A DNA stretch of 64,000 nucleotides from Gammaproteobacteria bacterium (GTDB lineage: Bacteria; Pseudomonadota; Gammaproteobacteria; BMS3Bbin11). Positions 49,499-57,790 of this stretch are shown here, piece after piece (position 1 is the stretch's first letter; every line of letters starts with the position of its first letter). Below the pieces are notes generated by a model. It had not been told where the DNA came from, did not search any database, and saw only the letters and a list, made by a program, of their open reading frames with translations. Both the position numbers and the translations under genes were made by a program. The DNA lies in assembly GCA_013150915.1 (NCBI GenBank), contig JAADJE010000084.1, forward strand, positions 136 through 64,135. Direction: 5' to 3'.

Positions 49499-49639
49499 AG
49501 AACGCTCTTATGCCCAAAGACTGCCATCTCTTTATTAAGACGCTTCACAACAGTGCACCACTGTGTGCGCAGCTTAGCTTGATATGACAACACATGAATC
49601 ACCCTCTGGATTATCCATGATTATTGGAGGAACCCTTAA
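49472..49639. mobile_element. MITE-like palindromic element, copy 3 (degenerate)
   Basis: Ends TTAAAGGGACCCTCTGATAAT / ATTATTGGAGGAACCCTTAA; core aligns with copy 1 (CATGAA..TCTT..CATCTCT..TTAAGA..CTTC.CAA..GTGCG..TGACA..GAATCAC..GATTATCCA). Confidence 0.7.
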
Positions 49640-50569
49640 ATGAGTGGCTTTGTGGATCTACGGCTTAATCGCCGTCGTGGTGAAGATGAGGGCTTCTGGC
49701 CCAGCTTTACTGACATTATGACGGTTGTCGTGATGATCTTTCTGATGGGGATGGTCGTGGTGATGCTACAAAATATAGAAGTCACCAATAACATGAAATC
49801 CGCTTTGCTGGAAAAACAGAAAGCTACTCGGCTGGCAGAATCGACCTCACAGGAAAAGAACCTCGTAAGCAGCCAGCTATCTGAGGCAGAAGAAGAGCTG
49901 GCACGTCTGCGTATGTTGATAATTCTTGCCAACGACCGACGAAAAACTATGGAAGGCCAACTATCAACGGCTCAAAAGGAGCTACAATCCTTAGGCGATC
50001 TTTATTCTGCCCTGCAGGAATCGCATGACGCCGTAAGGCTTGAAAAAGAAAATGTTGATAAGCAGCTTGAAGACAAATCACGAATTCTGGCACGAATTGA
50101 AGCCCAGCTGAAAAAACTGATTCAACAGCAGTCGGTATTAACATCAGACCTTGCGCGCAGTAAAGAAGCTCAGAAGCTCTCCGAAAACAAACTTGCTATT
50201 ATTACCTTACAGGCCACCGGTACCGACCAGGAACTGGCCAGTATCCGTGGTGAATTCAGCACGCTGCAGGTGAAATATGACAAACTGATAAAACCTGCCA
50301 GAACATCAAAAGGAAAACATGTTGTTGAAGTTTATTACACAAAGAAAGGTTCGGCAGATCTCTACAAGATTAAGAACACAGGCCAGACTTCAATGACGAC
50401 CGTTAATTATAAACAACTTCACAGCCGGCTTTCCAAATTGAAAAAAAAATACGGTAAGAATCTCTATATTCGTTTAATCTTCCCGGAAGACAGTCGGCTT
50501 TCCTACAATGAAGCCTGGAAATTCTCAAAAGATATCCTGGGTAAATATGATTACTACCATACGAATTAG
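49640..50569 (+). CDS. Single-TM protein with MotB/ExbD-like Asp-containing helix and long coiled coil
   Basis: FWPSFTDIMTVVVMIFL TM, about 190 aa heptad-rich region, basic C-terminal globular domain. Confidence 0.72.
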   Translation: MSGFVDLRLNRRRGEDEGFWPSFTDIMTVVVMIFLMGMVVVMLQNIEVTNNMKSALLEKQKATRLAESTSQEKNLVSSQLSEAEEELARLRMLIILANDRRKTMEGQLSTAQKELQSLGDLYSALQESHDAVRLEKENVDKQLEDKSRILARIEAQLKKLIQQQSVLTSDLARSKEAQKLSENKLAIITLQATGTDQELASIRGEFSTLQVKYDKLIKPARTSKGKHVVEVYYTKKGSADLYKIKNTGQTSMTTVNYKQLHSRLSKLKKKYGKNLYIRLIFPEDSRLSYNEAWKFSKDILGKYDYYHTN

Positions 50570-50634
50570 TTTGATGGGAGAAGGAATAAGCATGAAAGCA
50601 TAGATCAACGGTAGAGTTCGAGATACCCAAAACC

Positions 50635-50896
50635 ATGCCGAAAAAGTTCAAAGATCTCCTTTCACACAATTCTGTTTCCTATTCGAGACATCGTCCAGAT
50701 TATCCTGACTTACTGTTCAAATATTTATCGTCTGTTTGCCGACAGCACCGGCTGGCATGGGGCTGCGCGACCGGCTCTGGGGAAACCCAGAAACAAGGGC
50801 GTGTATGCAATGGCCGCTTTCCGTAAGGGCCTGGAAAAAACCTGAACGAGCATCCGCACGATGATCGCTTCACTGTTATACTTCATTAACAGGTGA
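50635..50896 (+). pseudogene. Truncated class I SAM methyltransferase remnant
   Basis: FKD..S...Y...RPDYP..LF.YL...C..H.LAWGCATGSG matches the family N-terminus (normally WDCATG), then diverges; AWKKPE resembles the family C-terminus in another frame. Confidence 0.65.
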
Positions 50897-50903
50897 ATAT
50901 TTA

Positions 50904-51455
50904 GTGGCTAAACAATATCCGGGTATAACCGATGAATTGTCTGCTTTCATTGCAGATCAAAAAATATTTTTTGTTGGCACCGCCGCAGAAAGGGGCCGGG
51001 TGAATATCTCACCGAAGGGCATGGACTCATTACGTGTGATAAATGAAAACCGTGTCGTCTGGCTTAATCTTACCGGCAGTGGCAATGAAACGTCGGCACA
51101 CATTCAACAGATCAACCGTATGACGATCATGTTTTGTTCCTTTTCAGGGAAACCGGTAATTCTTCGTCTCTATGGCGGCGCCCGGGAAATTACGTCTGAG
51201 GACGAAGAATGGCGTGAGCTCTATTCATTATTTTCGCCTATACCAGGAAGCCGTCAGATATTCGATATTGATGTAGACCTGGTTCAAACCTCCTGTGGGA
51301 TGGGCGTCCCTCTTTTTGATTATTCTGATGACCGAGACCTGCTTAATGACTGGGCACGTCAAAAAGGTAAAGAGGGGATAAAAAAATACTGGGAGGAGAA
51401 TAATCAGCTAAGTATTGATGGTTTTCAGACAAATATACTGAAAAAAAATACCTGA
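50904..51455 (+). CDS. Pyridoxamine 5'-phosphate oxidase-like FMN-binding protein
   Basis: FFVGTA, NISPKG, LTGSGNETSAH, VQTSCG. Confidence 0.88.
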   Translation: MAKQYPGITDELSAFIADQKIFFVGTAAERGRVNISPKGMDSLRVINENRVVWLNLTGSGNETSAHIQQINRMTIMFCSFSGKPVILRLYGGAREITSEDEEWRELYSLFSPIPGSRQIFDIDVDLVQTSCGMGVPLFDYSDDRDLLNDWARQKGKEGIKKYWEENNQLSIDGFQTNILKKNT

Positions 51456-51751
51456 AGCGTCCCCGGCTAATGATATGGGATACGGTGACCTGGCGATACA
51501 CCAGGGAATCTCTGATTTATTCATCCTTGCACCCGTCACGAAAGCCAGCGCCGCCCGAGTCAATTTTTGGGGTACTACGCGGACATCTCACGACAATTGT
51601 TTGCGGGACCGTATTGCTTCCTGGGGCATGGCCTGTGCCTGTCGCGCCCCCATTCGTGACAGGCAAGCAACTTTTCTTATTTAAACCTGTGTGCCAATAC
51701 GTCAAATAGCGACATTTTACATCTCTAGCCGGGCTCCTTAATATCATCCCT

Positions 51752-54649
51752 ATGAATCAGGATTCAATTAATCACTTCAACAAACGGCTTTTTCAGCTCC
51801 CAGATGAACTCCGGCAGAACGTGACCACCATCTTTGATGAAATCGCCGATCAATTACCTAATGAATCAAGCAACACCACAGATTGGCTCGGTGCTTTGCC
51901 AGCAGTCCTCAGCGGCAGCCCTTTTATTGTCAGCCTTATCCGCAGAGACTCGACATATTTAACTGAACTGATAGACAATGGCAGCCTCTTTGCACCATTG
52001 GATACAAATGCCTTATTCTCCACCGTGGAGGCCTCCCTTGCCGCCACAGAGAATGAGCAGGAAAGGATGCACTGCCTGCGCTATGCACGTAATCAGGCCA
52101 TGCTGCATATTGCCTTTCGTGACCTTGCCGGCTGGACAACACTCAACGAAGTAATGACCAGCCTGACGAACACTGCCGTTGCCCTTCTTTCAGCAACGCT
52201 GGCACAGTCATACGATCTGATCGCGGCGAGGTATGGCACACCCCTCGGCTCTGAATCTGGCAGTGCTCAACGCTTGATCATTCTGGGTATGGGCAAACTG
52301 GGTGGCGGTGAACTAAATTTTTCTTCCGATGTCGATCTGATTTTCTGCTTCCCTGAAAATGGCCAGAGCTCTGCCCGGAGGCCACTTTCAAACCAGGATT
52401 TCTTTAGCCGTCAGGCAAAATTATTTATAAAGTTGCTGACAACACAGACGGCCGATGGCTTCGTCTACCGTGTCGACACACGTCTGCGGCCAAACGGTAA
52501 CAGTGGCCCCTTATGTCTATCATTCAATGCCATGGAAAATTACTACCAACTGCACGGCAGAGACTGGGAGCGGTACGCCTATATCAAAGCCAGCGTGGTT
52601 GCTGGTGATCGGGGAAAGGGGCAGCAGCTTTTATCCCTCCTTCGCCCATTTATCTATCGCAAGTATCTGGATTTTTCCGCAATTGAATCAATCCGTGATA
52701 TGAAAGAAAAGATAGAACGCGAACTGCAACGTAAACAGGCGGCACAATGCAACATAAAACTTGGCCCTGGCGGCATCCGTGAGGTCGAGTTTATCGCTCA
52801 GGCTCATCAATTAATTCGTGGGGGGAGAACCCCGCAATTGCAGCAACAAAGCCTGCTACCAACTCTCGACCGGCTTCGTGCCTCCGCCTTAATCTCAAAA
52901 AAAGAATTTATCACTCTAACTGACGGTTATAAATTTTTACGCCGTTGTGAAAACCGCCTACAGATGTATGCTGACCAACAAACCCATACCCTACCACAAA
53001 GCTCATTACAGCAGCTTATCCTTGCCTTCGTTATGAACTATGTCGACTGGCCGACCTTTCACCATCACCTACAATGTCACATGCAGGACATCCATGAAAT
53101 TTTTCATCGGCTTTTCATCTCTACAGCAGACCCGGAAGCGAGCTCTCCAATGCGGATCCTGAGCCACTTATGGAACAACGAACTTGATGAGAAAACAACC
53201 GGCCAGACATTGCTAGACAATCATTATAAAAAACCTGACGTGCTGTTTTCACGCCTGCAGGCCTTTCGTAAGGGCTCCCTCTATAACAGCCTCAGTGCCT
53301 CAGCAAGAAGTCGCCTCGATCGTTTACTGCCCGTTCTGTTGTATGAAGTGGGCCATGTCGCTACGAATACAGATGAAACTGTTTTTCGTTGCCTCGACCT
53401 GCTTACTTCAATCGTCAGGCGCCCGGTCTATCTCTCCCTGTTGCTGGATAATAAAGCGGTACGACATCAGCTAATACATCTTACTTCTGCCAGCCCTTAT
53501 GCGTCAGTATTAATTCAGCGCTATCCAATCCTCCTTGATGACCTGCTTACCGGTTATTCCCTGAGTGACTTTTCCTGTGAAGCATTATCAGCCGATCTTG
53601 GGCGGCGATTACAAACGACTGAACCGGGTGACCTGGAGCAACAGATGGGTCTACTCAGGGAGTTTAATCACAGCAAACTGCTTGCCGTGGTCTCACTGGA
53701 TGTATCAACCCGGTTGACTGCAAGAGAAACGGGCAGAGCGCTTTCTGCAATTGCAGAAGCCTGTATTAGAGAAAGCCTGAGAGTAAGCATAGAAGGCATC
53801 ATTGCCAGGCACGGTACACTTGAGAATAGCGATCCAGCTAACGTGCCTTTCTGCATCATCGCCTATGGAAAATTAGGCAGTCAGGAACTTGGCTTTGGTT
53901 CAGACCTGGATCTGGTCTTTGTTTCTGCCAGCCTGGCCGATTCAGTAAAAACGTCGGGCCCAAGAAAGGTCTTTGCCACACAATTTTTCGCTCGCATCGG
54001 TCAGCGCCTGGTTCATATAATATCGACCCGCACACCCGCCGGTCAATTGTACGAAATAGACATGCGGCTACGGCCAAGTGGAAATTCCGGGCCCCTGGTT
54101 ACAAGCATCAGCCGATTACAGCGCTATCAGAGAGAAAAGGCCTGGACCTGGGAGCACCAGGCCCTGGTCAGGGCCCGCGTCATTGCCGGTGACCCGGTGC
54201 TTGCACAGGCCTTCAGCACCCTGCGTGAGGAAATTCTTTGCCGCAGGCGTGATGAAGAAAAGCTGCGGATTGATGTTATCGACATGCGTGAAAAGATGCG
54301 GCAGGCAAAAAATACGGTTAATGGCAATAAATTTGACCTTAAAGAAGGCCATGGAGGTATTGTTGACATCGAATTTATGGTGCAATATATGGTTCTGCGC
54401 TGGGCCCATAAGTATCCGCAGTTGACAATGCACACGGAAACAATGTCTCTGCTTGATGCCCTTAAGGATCTTGAGCTGCTTGAGCCGGAAACTCACCAGG
54501 CTTTGACCGGCGCATTTTCGAGCTGGCTGGAAAAAAGCTATCGGCTTAAATTAAATGAACACCAGGCAATAATACCTGTTGCGGCCGCGAGGACCCTGTC
54601 ACGACAAGTAACTGAAATCTGGAACACACTGCTTTCTGGAAAGCAATAA
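51752..54649 (+). CDS. glnE: Glutamine synthetase adenylyltransferase/adenylyl-removing enzyme
   Basis: Two NT domains (GMGKLGGGELNFSSDVD; YGKLGSQELGFGSDLD), KLGPGGIREVEF, WTWEHQAL. Confidence 0.96.
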   Translation: MNQDSINHFNKRLFQLPDELRQNVTTIFDEIADQLPNESSNTTDWLGALPAVLSGSPFIVSLIRRDSTYLTELIDNGSLFAPLDTNALFSTVEASLAATENEQERMHCLRYARNQAMLHIAFRDLAGWTTLNEVMTSLTNTAVALLSATLAQSYDLIAARYGTPLGSESGSAQRLIILGMGKLGGGELNFSSDVDLIFCFPENGQSSARRPLSNQDFFSRQAKLFIKLLTTQTADGFVYRVDTRLRPNGNSGPLCLSFNAMENYYQLHGRDWERYAYIKASVVAGDRGKGQQLLSLLRPFIYRKYLDFSAIESIRDMKEKIERELQRKQAAQCNIKLGPGGIREVEFIAQAHQLIRGGRTPQLQQQSLLPTLDRLRASALISKKEFITLTDGYKFLRRCENRLQMYADQQTHTLPQSSLQQLILAFVMNYVDWPTFHHHLQCHMQDIHEIFHRLFISTADPEASSPMRILSHLWNNELDEKTTGQTLLDNHYKKPDVLFSRLQAFRKGSLYNSLSASARSRLDRLLPVLLYEVGHVATNTDETVFRCLDLLTSIVRRPVYLSLLLDNKAVRHQLIHLTSASPYASVLIQRYPILLDDLLTGYSLSDFSCEALSADLGRRLQTTEPGDLEQQMGLLREFNHSKLLAVVSLDVSTRLTARETGRALSAIAEACIRESLRVSIEGIIARHGTLENSDPANVPFCIIAYGKLGSQELGFGSDLDLVFVSASLADSVKTSGPRKVFATQFFARIGQRLVHIISTRTPAGQLYEIDMRLRPSGNSGPLVTSISRLQRYQREKAWTWEHQALVRARVIAGDPVLAQAFSTLREEILCRRRDEEKLRIDVIDMREKMRQAKNTVNGNKFDLKEGHGGIVDIEFMVQYMVLRWAHKYPQLTMHTETMSLLDALKDLELLEPETHQALTGAFSSWLEKSYRLKLNEHQAIIPVAAARTLSRQVTEIWNTLLSGKQ

Positions 54650-54669
54650 ACAATCCTACAGGAGATACA

Positions 54670-55599
54670 ATGATGTCGATGGCTGACCGTGACGGTGTCA
54701 TCTGGTATGACGGTCAACTGGTTCCCTGGCGTGAAGCCACTACCCACGTTTTGACCCACACCCTGCACTATGGGCTGGGTGTTTTCGAAGGCGTTCGCGC
54801 CTACGATGCGAAGGGCGGAGCGGCGATCTTCCGTCTGGGAGATCACACCAACCGATTATTCCAGTCTGCGCATATTCTGAAAATGGATATTCCTTACAGC
54901 AAACAGGAACTAAATGATGCTCAGCGAATAACCGTGCGCGAGAACGGCCTCAAGAATGCCTACCTGAGGCCCATGTGTTTCTATGGTGCAGAAGGCATGG
55001 GGCTGCGTGCAGACAATCTGAAAACCCACACCATCATCGCGGCCTGGGACTGGGGCTCATATTTTGGTGGGGAAGTAATGGAAACGGGTATTCGCATACA
55101 CACATCGTCCTTTACCCGTCACCATGTCAACGTCACGATGTGCAAGGCAAAGTCGAATGGAAATTATATCAATTCGATACTTGCGCTACAGGAGGCCCGT
55201 GCCAATGGTTATGATGAAGCCCTGCTGCTTGATACGGAAGGATTTGTTGCTGAGGGCAGCGGTGAAAACATATTTATCGTCCGGGATAATATCATCTATA
55301 CCCCAGAGCTGACTTCTGCACTGGAAGGAATTACTCGCGACACCATAATTTATTTCATTGAAGAGCTGGGCCTCCGGTTGATCGAAAAACGCATCACCCG
55401 CGATGAGGTCTATATTGCCGATGAGGCCTTTTTTACCGGCTCTGCGGCAGAAGTTACGCCAATCCGTGAACTGGATAATCGACAGATCGGTGAGGGCAAC
55501 AGGGGGCCAATAACGACGAGGCTTCAGGCGATGTACTTCGATCAAATACATGGCCGTAAAGACGGGCATGATGAATGGCTAACCCGAGTCTACGATTGA
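54670..55599 (+). CDS. ilvE: Branched-chain amino acid aminotransferase
   Basis: HTLHYGLGVFEG, KAKSNGNY, EGSGENIF, LEGITR. Confidence 0.96.
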   Translation: MMSMADRDGVIWYDGQLVPWREATTHVLTHTLHYGLGVFEGVRAYDAKGGAAIFRLGDHTNRLFQSAHILKMDIPYSKQELNDAQRITVRENGLKNAYLRPMCFYGAEGMGLRADNLKTHTIIAAWDWGSYFGGEVMETGIRIHTSSFTRHHVNVTMCKAKSNGNYINSILALQEARANGYDEALLLDTEGFVAEGSGENIFIVRDNIIYTPELTSALEGITRDTIIYFIEELGLRLIEKRITRDEVYIADEAFFTGSAAEVTPIRELDNRQIGEGNRGPITTRLQAMYFDQIHGRKDGHDEWLTRVYD

Positions 55600-55625
55600 A
55601 GGCGCGCTAAAGCAGGAGAAAAACT

Positions 55626-55841
55626 ATGCACAATTCTACTCGTGAGCAGGCGAATACCACAACAACAAAACCGTCCATACGCGTTCATTCTATCACCCAA
55701 AATGATCTACCCCTGTGCTGCCCGCTACCCAGCGCCAGCCAGTGGAATGCCCATCCCCGTGTCTTTCTGAGACTGGATGAGGAGGGCAGGGCCACCTGCC
55801 CTTATTGCAGTATGGTCTATGTCCTGCAGCAGGAAGACTAA
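55626..55841 (+). CDS. Small zf-CHCC zinc-finger protein
   Basis: LPLCCP...WNAHPRVFL...CPYC. Confidence 0.85.
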   Translation: MHNSTREQANTTTTKPSIRVHSITQNDLPLCCPLPSASQWNAHPRVFLRLDEEGRATCPYCSMVYVLQQED

Positions 55842-55854
55842 AGAGCCGCTCTAC

Positions 55855-56888
55855 GTGACCACCCAATACCGGATCCTTGTCATCGGACCATCCTGGATTG
55901 GCGACATGATGATGGCACAATCTCTTTTTATGCTACTAAAAAAGAACAACCCTGATTGCCACATTGATGTCCTCGCCCCTGGCTGGTCACTGCCACTGCT
56001 TGCACATATGCCGGAGGTGTCCGGGGCAATATCATCGCCGTTTCAACACGGTGAAATGGCTTTCTACCAACGTTATCGGCTGGGAAAATCACTCCGCGTC
56101 CATCATTATGACCAGACGATAATTTTACCGAATTCAATGAAGTCCGCACTGATCCCTTACTGGGCGCGTATTCCTCTTCGTACGGGTTTTGTTGGAGAAA
56201 TGCGCTATGGTCTGGTCAACGACACCAGAAAACTAGACAAAGCAAGCTTGCCCAAAACAGTCATGCAATTTACTTCTCTGGGCCTTCCTGCCAGACAAGC
56301 ACTGCCAGACAATATACCCATACCGCGTTTAGCAAGCAATGAACTCGATATTTCTGCCAGTCTCAATGCATTAAACCTGGCGGATGCGGAGACCCCAGTT
56401 CTTGGATTGTGCCCCGGTGCGGAATTTGGCCCGGCAAAACAGTGGCCCGCCCGCCACCTGGCAACCCTTGCAAATGACCGTCTTGATCAGGGCTGGCAGG
56501 TCTGGCTACTGGGTTCAAATAATGATCTGGACGTCTGCAGCGACATCAATACCTCGACCAGGGCTGTAAAAACCTGGCATGCAAAACAGAGCTGGGACAG
56601 GTGATTGATTTAATGTCTCGGGCAACGGCTATCGTCTCCAATGACTCGGGACTGATGCATATTGCTGCTGCACTGAATAAGCCCCTGGTGGCTATCTATG
56701 GCTCATCAGACCCAGACTTTACGCCGCCCTTGTCCGATAAGGTAAAAATTCTAAGCCTGCATCTTTCCTGTTCCCCCTGTTTTAAAAGGAAATGCCCGCT
56801 GGGTCACCTCGATTGCCTGAATAAGCTGGAACCGGAAAGGGTGGCCAGGGCAATTGACTCATTGTTGGAAGAAGAAAATAATGGCTGA
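55855..56888 (+). pseudogene. waaF: LPS heptosyltransferase II, split by a single frameshift near 56560-56572 (pseudogene or sequencing error)
   Basis: GPSWIGDMMM, LCPGAEFGPAKQWP in frame 1; NLACKTEL..IDLM, VSNDSGLMH, FTPPL, CSPCFKRKCP in frame 3. Confidence 0.85.
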
Positions 56889-57573
56889 CTGGCAGACTAT
56901 TCCCCTTGAGGAAATTCGGCAACATGTTACGGCCACCCATCGTAAAGCACACGGTTCCAGGCCCGATGTGCTACAAATAAATATTGGGGGCGATGAAGCA
57001 GTACTAAAAGATTATACTCATAGCGATACCTGGTTCAGACGTTTACTGGCCCCTTTACTGGTCATTCGGGAGCTTCGTTCCCTTAAAAAGCTCAATACTG
57101 TCGCAGGCGTACCTCGCCTGTATCATGTCTATAATCGACATACCTTTCTTATTGAATCCATTCGCTGTACCCCCGCCAGTCAAATACAAAAAGGGGTGTT
57201 GGCCAATGACTTTTTTGAACGCATGGTTTCAACGCTTGATGAGATTCACGAAAGGGGGGTGGCCCATTGTGATCTTCGTAGCGCCGCAAATACCCTGGTA
57301 ACCGAAGACCACCAGCCCTGGCTGGTTGATTTTGTTGCCAGTATTCACCAAAGCAGTCACTGGAATATAATCGGACGCTGGATATTCGAGCAATTTGTTG
57401 ATGCTGATTATGGTGCAGTGCTAAAACTCAAAAAACGCCTTGCACCACAACTGTTGACTAGCGATGAACGGGAACGGCTTGAACACCCTCGATCAGTGGT
57501 TGAACGAGTAGGGAGAAAAATGGGTCGGTCCGTGCGGTTTATTACCAGGAATCTTTTTCCCAGTAAGAAATAG
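56881..57573 (+). CDS. Kdo/WaaP/RIO-like small kinase
   Basis: VLKDY, GVPRL, HCDLRSAAN catalytic loop, LVDF. Confidence 0.75.
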   Translation: MADWQTIPLEEIRQHVTATHRKAHGSRPDVLQINIGGDEAVLKDYTHSDTWFRRLLAPLLVIRELRSLKKLNTVAGVPRLYHVYNRHTFLIESIRCTPASQIQKGVLANDFFERMVSTLDEIHERGVAHCDLRSAANTLVTEDHQPWLVDFVASIHQSSHWNIIGRWIFEQFVDADYGAVLKLKKRLAPQLLTSDERERLEHPRSVVERVGRKMGRSVRFITRNLFPSKK

Positions 57574-57631
57574 TATTTCAATAACGGGTGCCATCGATAC
57601 TTGTAAGAAAAAACAAAAGAACTAAAAACTG

Positions 57632-57751
57632 TTTTCTCTCGCTGGGCTCGCAAAGTACGCAGGAAAGTCAACATAATAAAACATCTAAGGAAAATCTGAA
57701 GAAAAAGAAGATGTTGATCTCCCTGCGTACTTAGCGAATCCTGTGAGAAAA
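57632..57751. repeat. ~40-bp imperfect inverted repeat between convergent genes
   Basis: TTTTCTC..GG.TCGCAAAGTACGCAGG..TCAACAT vs ATGTTGA..CCTGCGTACTTAGCGA.CC..GAGAAAA. Confidence 0.7.
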
Positions 57752-57790
57752 TAAGAGATAGGCGTTGCCGCCCTTGTTATGGGGTGTTAT

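Noticed and set aside
48575-50569. Zorya defence system or flagellar stator call
   Set aside because: No OmpA-like peptidoglycan-binding motif recognised, no long ZorA-type tail, and no zorC/D/E or flagellar genes adjacent
51470-51747. Three overlapping 69-79 aa ORFs upstream of glnE
   Set aside because: No motifs or clear RBS; the region is better explained as a dyad-symmetric non-coding element
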